From the NCBI GenBank assembly GCA_009784975.1, contig WQXG01000004.1, positions 19,761 through 83,760 on the forward strand: DNA of 64,000 nt, given 5' to 3'. Position numbers and translations under genes: made by a program. A model generated the notes under the pieces. It searched no databases, was not told the origin of the DNA, and saw nothing but the letters and a program-made list of their open reading frames with translations. Source of the stretch: Treponema sp. (GTDB taxonomy: Bacteria > Spirochaetota > Spirochaetia > Treponematales > Breznakiellaceae). Shown piece after piece: positions 28,410 to 38,905 of this stretch (the first letter of the stretch is position 1; every line of letters starts with the position of its first letter).

Positions 28410-28482
28410 TCGGGCAACCCGGATTTGAACCGGGGACCTCTTGGTCCCGAACCAAGCGCGCTACCATCTGCGCTACTGCCCG
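28410..28482 (-). tRNA. tRNA-Pro (anticodon CGG)
   Basis: Hand fold of the reverse complement. Acceptor CGGGCAG/TTGCCCG, D arm GCGC/GCGC, anticodon arm CTTGG-TTCGGGA-CCAAG, T arm CCCGG-TTCAAAT-CCGGG. Confidence 0.88.
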
Positions 28483-28488
28483 CTGGGT

Positions 28489-28516
28489 AAAAAAAAGCCC
28501 GTCCAAAGGACAGGCT
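28489..28516 (-). terminator. hairpin plus U-run between tRNA-Asp and tRNA-Pro
   Basis: On the minus strand: AGCCTGTCC-TTT-GGACGGGCT followed by T8. Confidence 0.55.
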
Positions 28517-28519
28517 ATA

Positions 28520-28594
28520 CGAGAGTGACGGGACTTGAACCCGCGATCTCCGGCGTGACAGGCCAGCGCGATAAACCAACTTCGCTACACCCCC
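28520..28594 (-). tRNA. tRNA-Asp (anticodon GTC)
   Basis: Hand fold of the reverse complement. Acceptor GGGGGTG/CACTCTC (two G-U pairs), D arm GCGA/TCGC, anticodon arm CTGGC-CTGTCAC-GCCGG, T arm GCGGG-TTCAAGT-CCCGT. Confidence 0.85.
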
Positions 28595-28639
28595 AAGGTT
28601 ACTTTAACTTAGCAAAAACACAAAAAATAGTCAAGTGCT

Positions 28640-30460
28640 TTATATGCTTTTTTTAAGGTTTAATATCGATTCCAGCTCATCTACCAGGCTGCCGAAAACA
28701 TCGCAGGCTGCGTTTACGGGCTCTGGAGAGCTCATGTCTACCCCTGCCGCTTTAAGCGCTTCGATTGGGAAACGGCTGCCGCCGGATTTAAGGAAGGTAA
28801 AGTAGTCCTCCCTTTCCTTTGCACCGCCGCCAAGCACACGATCCGCAAGAGCTAGGGCTGCTGAGACGCCTGTTGCGTATTTATAGACATAAAATGCGCG
28901 GTAAAAATGAGGTATTCGCAAGCCTTCCAGGTCGCTTATCTCTTCCAGAACCATATCAGGACCAAAGTATTTTTCCAGCAGCTTGCGGTATTCTGCGCGC
29001 AGAATATCCACTGTTAAAGGGGTTCCGCCTTCTTCAAGTTCATGGGTAATTTTTTCATATTCTGCAAACATGGTTTGACGGTATAAAGTAGCCAATAGCT
29101 CATCCGCATGTTTGTTAATAAGATAGAGGCGGATATCGTTATTATCGGTTTCTTTTAACATATAACGGAAAAGAAGTTCTTCGTTGAATGTGCTCGCTAC
29201 TTCGGCTTCAAAAATAGTGTAATTGTAGCTCATAAAGGGATTGCTGCGCGCGGCGTACCATGAGTGCATTGAATGGCCGCCTTCATGCGCCAGAGTAAAC
29301 ACATCGCGGATTGAATCATTTTTGTAGTTCATAAGGATATAGGGGTCGCCCGTGAAACTTCCGGCAGAAAAAGCGCCGGAACGCTTGCCTTTGTTTTCGT
29401 AACGGTCTGCCCAGCGTCCAAGGAGCCCGCCCTTCAATACAGAAACATATTCATCACCTAACACAGAAAGCGCATTGCTTACAAGATCAACAGCTTCGTT
29501 CCAGCTTGTTGTTTTTTTAACATTTGGAACAAGAGGCGCATACACATCCCAGTGACGCAGTTCATTAAGTTTTAAAATACGTTTGCGAAGAGAATAATAA
29601 CGATGAAGAGTACCGAGTTTTCCGCCGACAGCGGAAATAAGATTGTCATAAACAGTTTCGCTTACATTGTCGGGGAAAAGAGCCTTCGCGCGCGCAGAAG
29701 AATATCCTCTGATCCTCGCGTTTATAACATCCTGTTTTACAGAGCCGGAATAAAGAGCAGCGATGGTAGTTTTATGCGCATCAAAACAGCTGTAAAACAT
29801 ATTGTATGTTTTCTTGCGCAAATCGCGATCATCGCTTTCCATGAATACAGAAAAAGTTGATTGAGAAAGAGGACGTTTTCCTTCTTTTGTTTCGATTGTT
29901 CCAAAATTAAAATCTACATTTGTAAGCACAGAAAACGCATCGCCCGGTATTCCTTCTCCTTCCGCCTGAAGCGCGATTATTCTTTCTTCTTTGTCGCTTA
30001 AAATGTAAGGTCTGTACCTGATGATTCTTTGCAGATAAATAAGATAATCTGCCATTTTTTCATGTGTTAGAAATGCCTCCATATCTTTTTCTGCAATATC
30101 AAGTATTTCCGGATTTTGCCATGCTGCCGCAGCTCCTGCTTTTGCGCCTGCCATTGTAATTTTTCCAACCATTGTGCGTGATGCGCTGTCGCCTTCATCT
30201 TCAGATTGCCGCAGCTGCGCGTAATAGCCGAGCCTTTCTCCAAGTATTTCCATATCACGCGAAAAATCCAGGTAATCTGCTAGATGCTCTGCTGATTTTC
30301 CAAGCGTTCCCTGAAAAGACGGAATCCTTTCTATCATTTTTTCAAAATCCAAAAGAGCGCTGTTCCATTCTTCATCACTTGTAAATAATTTTGATAAATC
30401 CCAGGTTTCAGAGCCGGGAACTTCGCTTCTTGCCGGAATTGTATGTTCGTTATTGGACAT
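28640..30460 (-). CDS. pepF: oligoendopeptidase F (M3B)
   Basis: 606 aa. Zinc motif HEGGHSMH and the overall PepF-like N-terminus. Confidence 0.9.
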   Translation of the reverse strand: MSNNEHTIPARSEVPGSETWDLSKLFTSDEEWNSALLDFEKMIERIPSFQGTLGKSAEHLADYLDFSRDMEILGERLGYYAQLRQSEDEGDSASRTMVGKITMAGAKAGAAAAWQNPEILDIAEKDMEAFLTHEKMADYLIYLQRIIRYRPYILSDKEERIIALQAEGEGIPGDAFSVLTNVDFNFGTIETKEGKRPLSQSTFSVFMESDDRDLRKKTYNMFYSCFDAHKTTIAALYSGSVKQDVINARIRGYSSARAKALFPDNVSETVYDNLISAVGGKLGTLHRYYSLRKRILKLNELRHWDVYAPLVPNVKKTTSWNEAVDLVSNALSVLGDEYVSVLKGGLLGRWADRYENKGKRSGAFSAGSFTGDPYILMNYKNDSIRDVFTLAHEGGHSMHSWYAARSNPFMSYNYTIFEAEVASTFNEELLFRYMLKETDNNDIRLYLINKHADELLATLYRQTMFAEYEKITHELEEGGTPLTVDILRAEYRKLLEKYFGPDMVLEEISDLEGLRIPHFYRAFYVYKYATGVSAALALADRVLGGGAKEREDYFTFLKSGGSRFPIEALKAAGVDMSSPEPVNAACDVFGSLVDELESILNLKKSI

Positions 30461-30472
30461 ATTTTTCTCCTT

Positions 30473-31846
30473 TTATTTTTTACTTTGGACTCGCAGCGAG
30501 CCCAACGCTGCCACTGCAGCGCCGTAAAGACTCGCCTGTTCTACGGGAGCGATTACATAAGGACGCGGCATATCCTTAAATAACATCTGATGCAGATACG
30601 ATTCTAGCGAACGGCGCATTCCTTTGTATGCCAAATACGTTGTGCCTTCTACAGCAATGCGGACCGGGGAATACGGTTCATAATTGCTTTTTATACGTTT
30701 AACTGTTGCGGCTAACGCAGCGGCAGAAAAGAGGGCGGCGCGTTCTGTAATAATTGACGTAATGTATTGAACTGCCGCAAGCGCATCACTTTCATTGGGG
30801 GTAAAAAGGGAGCCAAGCGGACCCTGTGCTGTAAGCGGGCAGCGGGTAAATTCATTTAAAGTTTTGGTTTCAAGGTGAGGCATAACAAGAAGCTCGTCTG
30901 ATCTTTTAAAATAGATAACTTTATCTTTTATTGCCTGTTTTAAAATGTGCAGCGTTAAAGGTCCCAGATATGCGCCTGCTGTAGCTTTTTCCAGAAAATA
31001 ACTTCCCGGATTTTTGGTTGTATTGTCGTATTCGATATCAAGCCTTCCGCGGCTTCTAATATTAAAACTGCCTGTTTCGCATACCACAATCTGCGGTGAG
31101 GAACTGGAATTAAATTTAATTTTAGGAATTGACGTTTCCGGATACGCGGTGTTAAAGCCGGTGCCCAAAATAAAACCTGCCGCATAGCCGCCCTCTGCTC
31201 CAAAATCATTGCGAGTACGCGATGCTTCCCCGTCAGGTGAAATTGAAGCAAGACCGGACAGAAGGGTTGCAACTGTATCATTTAACAATACGATCTGACC
31301 GTTGTATTTAAAACCTTTTGCGGCAAGAGCCTCGCGCAGTCCCTTGCCGATTGCTTTTCCTATTACATCAGGAGCATCTACTTCTTTGCTGAATGCAAGA
31401 AGTATTCCGTCAGAATCCGAAGTAATTTCCATAGGGTAGGAAAAAGTAAAGCCAATTCCTTCTATTTTGGAATCTTTAAGCAGAGGAAGGGCAGCATCTG
31501 CGATTTTATCAAAAAAATCAGATGCGCTTAATTGCCCGTTGGTTCCCGGCATCGGTATTTTATTTGTTCCCTGAGCTACAGCCTCGCCGTTTTCGTTAAA
31601 ATAAATCAGGCTTGAACGCAGATTAGTGCCGCCTGCATCAAGGGCTAACACGGTTTTTCCTGACGGAATGCGCGTAACAGGAGAGATATATGACGGAATC
31701 ATGGGTAGGCTTGAGCTTTTTCCTTCCAGTCCTCTTTCCATTTCAATGAGCAAATCCTTAACAAGAGCATAAGGGTTTATTTCATCGTAGTGAAACCCGT
31801 AATACCGCGCAAAAACAGACAGTTCCTGTGCATTAAATTTTTTCAT
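30473..31846 (-). CDS. hexokinase family protein
   Basis: 457 aa. The phosphate-1 motif VLALDAGGTNLRS and the two-lobed hexokinase layout, as known for treponemal hexokinases. Confidence 0.8.
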   Translation of the reverse strand: MKKFNAQELSVFARYYGFHYDEINPYALVKDLLIEMERGLEGKSSSLPMIPSYISPVTRIPSGKTVLALDAGGTNLRSSLIYFNENGEAVAQGTNKIPMPGTNGQLSASDFFDKIADAALPLLKDSKIEGIGFTFSYPMEITSDSDGILLAFSKEVDAPDVIGKAIGKGLREALAAKGFKYNGQIVLLNDTVATLLSGLASISPDGEASRTRNDFGAEGGYAAGFILGTGFNTAYPETSIPKIKFNSSSSPQIVVCETGSFNIRSRGRLDIEYDNTTKNPGSYFLEKATAGAYLGPLTLHILKQAIKDKVIYFKRSDELLVMPHLETKTLNEFTRCPLTAQGPLGSLFTPNESDALAAVQYITSIITERAALFSAAALAATVKRIKSNYEPYSPVRIAVEGTTYLAYKGMRRSLESYLHQMLFKDMPRPYVIAPVEQASLYGAAVAALGSLRVQSKK

Positions 31847-31865
31847 TCAAAAACCTCATTTCATT

Positions 31866-34800
31866 TTAAATATTAAACACTCTTTGTTCAATATCAAACT
31901 GTTTTACAATTTCTGTCATTTCAACAGCATGACCTGTCCGCAGATAATACAGCCAAACACGGCATTCTTTATTGCCGCCGGCAAAAATATCCGTAACAGC
32001 ATTATAATAGCAGGACATTTGAGCAGCATGCTCTTTTGGCAGCTCGTATGAATCAGTCTTTAAATCTACTACATGAATGCAGCCGTTATCTTCAAAAAAC
32101 AAGTCGATAGTACCGTTAATAAATGCCTCTTTTCCTTCTTTGTTTCTTATGATGCTTTTAAACGGAAATTCATTCTCGCATAATTTTGCGTTTTCTGCTG
32201 TCTTTCCAAGCGGAGAAAGCATAAAGCGTTTCGCAATTTCCATACCGGCTTTAAGCACAACATCCGACTGCTCATCATTTAATAAACAGGCAATATTCGA
32301 CGGAATAAATGCTCCTTCTTTTTTCAGGCTTGCTTCTACACAGGCATGCGCAATTGTTCCAAAACATGCATGATTGAATTTGCGGGATTTATCATCGCTG
32401 TCTTGGGGGCTCAACCCTTTGGATAAACCAAGTATCATTGCGTCAATATTGCCGAATATATCGTCAGATTTACTGCCGGAAAATTCCGTGTTTATAATTA
32501 AATTTTTTATTTCATCTTCTTTATCTTTACGCAGCGATACAGGCGAAAAATGATTATCAAGCAAAAAGGGCGTTGTAATTGTTTCAGTCTTTTTATAAAA
32601 GACTGACGTCTTTTTAATAAAATTATTTATACTTATTCCGCTGTAAGGAGCGTCTGTTTTGTAAAAAACAGGGATTTCTTCCAGATTAAAAAAGCTTTTT
32701 TTATTTTTATGCCCTTCTTCCGGTATATGCCCGGCAATTGAAGGCAGCAAAAGACCCATAAATGTATCATTATCCAGAATAGAATCGTTTTCTATATAAT
32801 TATCGCTGCTGCTGCATTTTTCTGCTATATAATTTTTTAATTTTAGGGAAAAATCTTTTGTCTCATAATCATTTATTTTTACCGCGCCTGTTATGTGCAA
32901 TTCTTTTTCTGCCCTTGTCATTCCTACATAAAGAAGGCGGCGCAGCTCTGCCGTTCTTTTGCGCCTTGTTTCTTCGCTTGCCATATCCCAGAAATAATTA
33001 TTTCTTTTCCCTGCAAAATCCCTGCACTCCAGAGGCGGCGGAGGGCTGAAAACAATACCAACCTCGCCTGAATCATAAACGACATCAACTGTATCCAACA
33101 GGCTTTTCTTTCCGCAGCAGCAAAGAAAAACCACAGGATACTCCAGCCCTTTGCTTTTATGTATGGTTGTCAGGCGGACTGCGCTGGGACGTTCGAGCGG
33201 AAGTTCAATTTCGGACAGCTCGCTTCCGTTTTCCCTGTTGGAAATCATGGAATCTGTAAATGATGCAAGAGTTTCATTTTCCGAATCCGCTATAGCGGCA
33301 TAATGAAACAGATAATCAAACATTTCACGATATACGCTTGTATAAGGATCCCATTCTGTTTCATAGCGGTAACCTTCATTGTACCATAATTCACTTACAA
33401 GAGAGCTGATGCTAAAGCTTTCCGCTTTTTTACAAATTGCAGAATATACATTTTGCCCGCTTTTGTATTTTTCACCGTCTGTTTTATCAAGATGCTCCAG
33501 CGGCTTGTCATCAAACGGAATGCCGCCTTCATTGCAGAACAATGAAAGACACAGGGCGGTTCCTGCTATTGAAAGCCCTGCAAACGGAGAACGCAGCGTT
33601 TCTGCATAGGATGCGCTGTCTGTCGGATGGGAAACAAGGCGAAGAACCGACATTAAATCATTTACAAGCCCGCCGTAGAATATATCTTTAATATTTTCGC
33701 AAGTGTACGGGATGTCAAGAGAACGCAGATGTTTTTCAAAATAATGCTGAGCAGACCCGGTGCGGAAAAGAATGGCTATTTCATGCGGCTGATATTTTTC
33801 TTTTAATAATTGTTTTATTTTATTTGCAACAAACTGCGCTTCGTTTTCATCGGAAGTCAGGCGCTCTTCTTCTTCGTCTTTTCCTTTATGGGAATTTAAT
33901 ATATAAAAAGAAATGCTTCCTTCGCCTTCTATTCCCGCTTCAAGAGGCGAATAGGACGCTTCATAAAGCGGCAGAGATTTGGAAGGAGCAAAAACCGAAC
34001 CAAAGATTGTATTAAAAGCGCTTATAAGATGCGGCGCAGAGCGGTAATTTGTTTTTAAATAGAGTTCTTTGCATTTTAGCTCATCTTTAAGTTTTCTGAA
34101 TACCGAAACATCTGCTCCCCTAAAAAGATAAATAGACTGTTTTTCATCTCCTACAAAGAAAAGTTTATCCGGGCAAATATCCTTTTCAGAAGGTATACCA
34201 TTATTTTTTACATCCAGGTTTTCGGCAAGAAGGAAAAGAATATCTTTTTGCAATTCATTGTTGTCCTGAAATTCATCTATCATTATTGCTTTAAATGTTT
34301 CTTTTTCGCTCTGCCTTATATCCTTCTGTTCAATAAGAATGGTTCTGGAAAGGTTTGCCACATCGTAGTACGAAAGGATTCCCTGCGCGCGCTTTCTTTC
34401 AAAATAAATTGTCTGCAATTCCGAAAGCAATGACATTACAGAAATAATAAAACCGGATTGCATGCAGGAAATTCCAATAGAAGAAAGAGATCCAAAAAGA
34501 TCGCGCAGTAATTTAATATTTTCCTTTACAGGATTGCCTGACTTCTTCCCTCCCCTTAAATCTACGCATCCTATCAGATTTATAAAGCGTAAAAACAAGG
34601 TTATATTTTTTTGCAGCGGATGCGCTTCTGATTTTTCAATGGCATCTTCTCCAGGTACGCTCAGCAAATAATCAAAATACTTTTTTAAATCTTCTGTTTG
34701 CGGTACCTCAATTCCTGCTTTTACATATTTTTCCATTACTTCAACAAGAACCGGGAGAAGTGAATTATCCGTTAAAATATCGCTTTCTATTTTGTTCAGC

Positions 34801-35438
34801 AGATCAATTGTTTTATCAAACAAATCTTTCCATTGTTCCAGTATTTTTTTAAATTGTTTTTTTATATCGGCAAAGAAATCCCTTGGTTTGTCTATATTGC
34901 AGAATTTATACAATATATCCGCAAAAATATTATCGACAATTTTTTCCGGCTGATATACAGAATACAGCCTTTCAATAGCCGGATGATTGCGATGTTCTAT
35001 AAAAAAAGGATAGGAAATCTCAAGCGCAATCTGCTTGCATTGTTCCTTGTCTATTTTAAAATCCGGAGTTATTCCGTAACGCGGAGCGCATTGCCTTACA
35101 ATCGAAGCGCTGTAGGAGTCAAGTGTTTGTATCCGGGCATGAATAAAATCTTCTATTGCCTTGCCTGCTCTTTTCGCTTTAATGCCTGTTTCTTTTTCTG
35201 CAATATATTTTATTTCTGAATAAATGCGCTTAAACATTTCTGCTGCCGCTTTTCTTGTAAATGTAAGCGTTAATATCTGATCTACCTTATAGTCTTTTTC
35301 CGTAAGCAGCCACACATAACGATTTGCAAGAACTCTTGTTTTTCCGGAACCCGCGCCTGCTGCTACAACAGCATTTTTTCCGCAAACTACCGCTTTTTTC
35401 TGTTCTTCATTTAACTTTGAGCTTTTTTCTATACTCAT
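31866..35438 (-). CDS. addA: AddA-type ATP-dependent helicase/nuclease (UvrD helicase + C-terminal PD-(D/E)XK nuclease)
   Basis: 1190 aa. Walker A AGAGSGKT, UvrD motifs (TFTRKAAAEM, IMIDEFQDNN, TIHKSKGLEYP), and a C-terminal nuclease segment IDLFFED...VVDLKTD. Confidence 0.88.
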   Translation of the reverse strand: MSIEKSSKLNEEQKKAVVCGKNAVVAAGAGSGKTRVLANRYVWLLTEKDYKVDQILTLTFTRKAAAEMFKRIYSEIKYIAEKETGIKAKRAGKAIEDFIHARIQTLDSYSASIVRQCAPRYGITPDFKIDKEQCKQIALEISYPFFIEHRNHPAIERLYSVYQPEKIVDNIFADILYKFCNIDKPRDFFADIKKQFKKILEQWKDLFDKTIDLLNKIESDILTDNSLLPVLVEVMEKYVKAGIEVPQTEDLKKYFDYLLSVPGEDAIEKSEAHPLQKNITLFLRFINLIGCVDLRGGKKSGNPVKENIKLLRDLFGSLSSIGISCMQSGFIISVMSLLSELQTIYFERKRAQGILSYYDVANLSRTILIEQKDIRQSEKETFKAIMIDEFQDNNELQKDILFLLAENLDVKNNGIPSEKDICPDKLFFVGDEKQSIYLFRGADVSVFRKLKDELKCKELYLKTNYRSAPHLISAFNTIFGSVFAPSKSLPLYEASYSPLEAGIEGEGSISFYILNSHKGKDEEEERLTSDENEAQFVANKIKQLLKEKYQPHEIAILFRTGSAQHYFEKHLRSLDIPYTCENIKDIFYGGLVNDLMSVLRLVSHPTDSASYAETLRSPFAGLSIAGTALCLSLFCNEGGIPFDDKPLEHLDKTDGEKYKSGQNVYSAICKKAESFSISSLVSELWYNEGYRYETEWDPYTSVYREMFDYLFHYAAIADSENETLASFTDSMISNRENGSELSEIELPLERPSAVRLTTIHKSKGLEYPVVFLCCCGKKSLLDTVDVVYDSGEVGIVFSPPPPLECRDFAGKRNNYFWDMASEETRRKRTAELRRLLYVGMTRAEKELHITGAVKINDYETKDFSLKLKNYIAEKCSSSDNYIENDSILDNDTFMGLLLPSIAGHIPEEGHKNKKSFFNLEEIPVFYKTDAPYSGISINNFIKKTSVFYKKTETITTPFLLDNHFSPVSLRKDKEDEIKNLIINTEFSGSKSDDIFGNIDAMILGLSKGLSPQDSDDKSRKFNHACFGTIAHACVEASLKKEGAFIPSNIACLLNDEQSDVVLKAGMEIAKRFMLSPLGKTAENAKLCENEFPFKSIIRNKEGKEAFINGTIDLFFEDNGCIHVVDLKTDSYELPKEHAAQMSCYYNAVTDIFAGGNKECRVWLYYLRTGHAVEMTEIVKQFDIEQRVFNI

Positions 35439-38326
35439 TTGGCTTTCCTTAAAGAATCAATGTTTTCGCGGCCTATTACATAAACTGTACGGCATATTCT
35501 GCGATAACTACATTTCTGGCAATCACTTTCACTTTTGGGGAAAACTTTTAAATCGCCGCTTGAGATATCCTGTGCAAATTGTTCTGTCTTTTTGTTAAAT
35601 TCATCGAATATTAATTTATATTTGTCGCTTTCATATAATATTTGCCTGTCTTCTTTTGGAATTTCCTTTCCTTTATCATTTATGACACTGCCTATTATTA
35701 CCTCCGGCTTTGCATCCAGAATACTGTAAAAGACAGCGGTATAAACTTTATATTTCTCACTTTCCTGCACAAGAGTTATATATGCAGGAAGCTGAAAATT
35801 TACAAGCCCGTCTTCACTATCACCTGTGCATTCATCGCGGGGCGGCAGATTTTTTAGCTTAAAATCTACGATAATGTATTTTTCAGAAGAATCTTTTAAA
35901 ATAAAATCTATTGATCCTTTAAGAATAAATCCATCCTTTTCTATCTTGTAATACTTTTCACAATTGACAACCCGGCATCCTGCAAAAAAAGAAAGAAAAC
36001 ACGCAATTGAGTTCTCTAGATTATGCTGATAATCCATCTTGCCGGCGCGCAAAAGGCGGGAAGTAAGAGAACTCATCTTTGTTTCTTTATCCGGAAGCAG
36101 CGCGGGAAATCCTTCAAAAACAGCATCTATACTGTCTGACAGCCGTTTTTTATAATCTGGCGGAAGAACCGGAGTTTCCTCATTATATCCATCGCCCCGC
36201 TGCGGTTCCAATAAAGGTTTGTTTTTTAAACCGGTAAAAAAATGATTAAGAATAGCATGATAAACCGAACCTGTCATGTTATCCATCATTGCTGTTTCTA
36301 TCTGCACATTGTGCAATCTAAAAACATTGTTAAAAATCCAATGCAGCGAACATTGATAATAATCACGCAATGAAGAAGGTGAAATGCCGGGCTGATCTGA
36401 TTTTGCGTATATCGAATGTATATAGTTTTTAACTTCTTCGTAAAATTTAAGTTTTTTTGGATGAATGACGCCTGAACGCCTGTTCTTCCATTGTAAAAAA
36501 CCATTTATCTGATTTTCATGTAGTATATCAAACTCTTGCGGAGCTCCATCGTTAAATGAAGAATAAAACATGCTTTCTTTTTTATAATGGTCATAAGAAA
36601 ATTTATCTTTATAATCCGGCGCATAGCGTTCCTTTGCGTCAGAAGGAGCATTGATTCTTGAATGAGGTATAGTAAACCCGGTAAAAGTCTGTTCGCTGCA
36701 GAAAAATGCCGCTCTCTTTGCGGAATTATATTTATGCAGTTTTATAAAAGCAGATGATGCATCCTTGTCTATAAAACCGAGTTCTTCACGTTTTTTTCTG
36801 GACAAAAAACCCAGCCGCGTATAAACAACAGACAAAACATCCTGATTCGCGCCCAAAACAACATGACAGTCATAAAGCACGCCGGCAGCTGTTTTATACG
36901 GAAGAATAGCAACTCCGCCCGCTTTGGTTTGGGCAAGATAATTTACTTCGCTTAAATGCTCTGCAAGAAAAGCCAAAGGCTCTTCCATTATAATCTGAGG
37001 GAAATCATTCTCCAGCATTGCAAGGTCTGTTAATTCAGTAATGCAGCGGGACATGATAAGATTGGATTCAATGGAATAATTATTTATATCCAGAAAAGTA
37101 TCGCGGAAAATAAAATATTGCCTGCGAAGAGCAGAAAAAGAAGCGGATGAATGCAGCGCATTCAGATGTTTTTTTAGCTCCATAAAAAACTCTTTTACAT
37201 CTTCTCCAGGATCTTCATACGGTTTTTTTAAAGCATCTTCCCAAATATTTATATGTTTATCTTTTTCTGTCCAGGAATAAATGCAATTATTGTTTATCCC
37301 GAATTTGATCAGCTTGTCTATCAGATCAGTGTTTTTCCACGGAAGGCTCTTGTTCATAATTAAAGACACAACAGAAGAGAATGAATAATTGAATATTGCG
37401 CAGTCAAGTACAGACTGAAAAAAACGGCCGGCAGGATAATCTGAAAGGGGCTTACTGGTTTTTTTTACGCATGGAATATTCCTGTTTGCAAATTCACGCA
37501 GAACATAGGGTTCGTAATTTTCTGTATCGGGAATACATACGGCTATGGAGTCCCAGTTTATATTATGATTTTCATGAAGAGCGCGTATGTAAAGGGCAGC
37601 TTCGGTAATTTCACTGCGTGAATTGGTATAAAAAAAGGTATCTGTACTGCTGCTGTCAGTATCTTGCGCATAGATAAATTTAACATCAGCTCCCGATCCA
37701 CCGCTTTCTTTCAGCAAATCTTCGTATTCGCAGAAATCATTAAGCGCTTCCGGAAAAAAAATAAAACATTCCTTTCCGTCATTGTTAAAAGGCGGCGCTT
37801 CCCACGCCTGTTCAAAAAGCGAATGTTTCTCCAGAAACTGCGCATAACGCCTGGCAAGATTATACATATCCCAATCATCATTTTCAAACTTGCTTGTTTC
37901 TGCCTGCGTATCAAGGATACGTTCAATTAAACAACCTGTTTTTTTGTTAAACCAGGCGCCTAACTGCGGCAAAATATCCGTAAGCCAGGGGATAAACTGC
38001 CTTGCTTGCTGCGCCCACTCTTCCCCAATCAATGATGAGAAAACAAGAGGTTCTTTGTTTTTTGCAGCATCGGCATTTTCCCTGACAAGATTGCTTACAA
38101 ATATTTTTCTAAGAGCGGAAGGAATGCTCTTTTTACTTTGCACCTGCGACCTTATTGAATTTTGCTTGAATTTATCCCAGGCAATAAATTTATTCATGGC
38201 AATCGTGCCGCTTTTTAAACGAAGTATATGATCTGCCCAGCTTGAAACTGCTATATCTGTAGGAAAAACAAACAGGACATTGGGCGCTTCAATATTATCT
38301 AAAAGGATTTTTTCAACATGTTTCAT
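35435..38326 (-). CDS. addB: AddB-like PD-(D/E)XK nuclease subunit
   Basis: 963 aa with a 4-nt overlap onto addA. The C-terminal nuclease motif GSIDFILKD...IVDFKLK and the terminal Cys cluster DCQKCSYRRICR are consistent with the AddB Fe-S nuclease domain. Confidence 0.8.
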   Translation of the reverse strand: MKHVEKILLDNIEAPNVLFVFPTDIAVSSWADHILRLKSGTIAMNKFIAWDKFKQNSIRSQVQSKKSIPSALRKIFVSNLVRENADAAKNKEPLVFSSLIGEEWAQQARQFIPWLTDILPQLGAWFNKKTGCLIERILDTQAETSKFENDDWDMYNLARRYAQFLEKHSLFEQAWEAPPFNNDGKECFIFFPEALNDFCEYEDLLKESGGSGADVKFIYAQDTDSSSTDTFFYTNSRSEITEAALYIRALHENHNINWDSIAVCIPDTENYEPYVLREFANRNIPCVKKTSKPLSDYPAGRFFQSVLDCAIFNYSFSSVVSLIMNKSLPWKNTDLIDKLIKFGINNNCIYSWTEKDKHINIWEDALKKPYEDPGEDVKEFFMELKKHLNALHSSASFSALRRQYFIFRDTFLDINNYSIESNLIMSRCITELTDLAMLENDFPQIIMEEPLAFLAEHLSEVNYLAQTKAGGVAILPYKTAAGVLYDCHVVLGANQDVLSVVYTRLGFLSRKKREELGFIDKDASSAFIKLHKYNSAKRAAFFCSEQTFTGFTIPHSRINAPSDAKERYAPDYKDKFSYDHYKKESMFYSSFNDGAPQEFDILHENQINGFLQWKNRRSGVIHPKKLKFYEEVKNYIHSIYAKSDQPGISPSSLRDYYQCSLHWIFNNVFRLHNVQIETAMMDNMTGSVYHAILNHFFTGLKNKPLLEPQRGDGYNEETPVLPPDYKKRLSDSIDAVFEGFPALLPDKETKMSSLTSRLLRAGKMDYQHNLENSIACFLSFFAGCRVVNCEKYYKIEKDGFILKGSIDFILKDSSEKYIIVDFKLKNLPPRDECTGDSEDGLVNFQLPAYITLVQESEKYKVYTAVFYSILDAKPEVIIGSVINDKGKEIPKEDRQILYESDKYKLIFDEFNKKTEQFAQDISSGDLKVFPKSESDCQKCSYRRICRTVYVIGRENIDSLRKAK

Positions 38327-38410
38327 TATTATATCAGTTTAGATTATAAATATATTTTTGTCTATTGAGCGTATATTGCCAATTTCCTGCATTTTATGTA
38401 AACTGTCACC

Positions 38411-38905
38411 ATGAAGATCATCACACTTGGCGACGAAATGCTCAGAAAAAAAGCGGAAAAGATAGATAAAATTGATGATGAAATTGTCAGCCTTTCGCGG
38501 AAAATGCTGGAAATTCTAAAAAGCGACAAGGGTGTAGGGCTCGCTGGACCGCAAATCGGGATCATGAAACGTATTTTTGTTGTACATATCGAAGATGACG
38601 AAGAACGCGTTTTTATTAATCCGTCGCTTCTGGAAACATCCCTAAAGACAGTTAAATTCGAGGAAGGCTGTCTTTCCATTCCCGGCGTTTACACAGATGT
38701 AGTCCGCGCAGAATCGATCAAACTTCAGGCATGGAACGAAAAGGGGCGGCCTTTTACAATTGAAGCAAACGGTCTTCTTGCGCGGGTAATGCTTCATGAA
38801 TACGATCATCTTGAAGGCGTGCTTTTTCTGGATCATTTAACGGAAATTAAACGTAAAAAACTATTGGAAAAATATGAAAAAATCCGCATGAGAGAAAAAG
38901 CTTGA
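38411..38905 (+). CDS. def: peptide deformylase
   Basis: Motifs GVGLAGPQIG, EGCLSIPG and HEYDHLEG. Confidence 0.95.
   Translation: MKIITLGDEMLRKKAEKIDKIDDEIVSLSRKMLEILKSDKGVGLAGPQIGIMKRIFVVHIEDDEERVFINPSLLETSLKTVKFEEGCLSIPGVYTDVVRAESIKLQAWNEKGRPFTIEANGLLARVMLHEYDHLEGVLFLDHLTEIKRKKLLEKYEKIRMREKA

Noticed and set aside
28379-28656. ORFs 28379..28579 (-) and 28441..28656 (+)
   Set aside because: They are made of tRNA-Pro and tRNA-Asp sequence. Cloverleaf folds fully explain the region.
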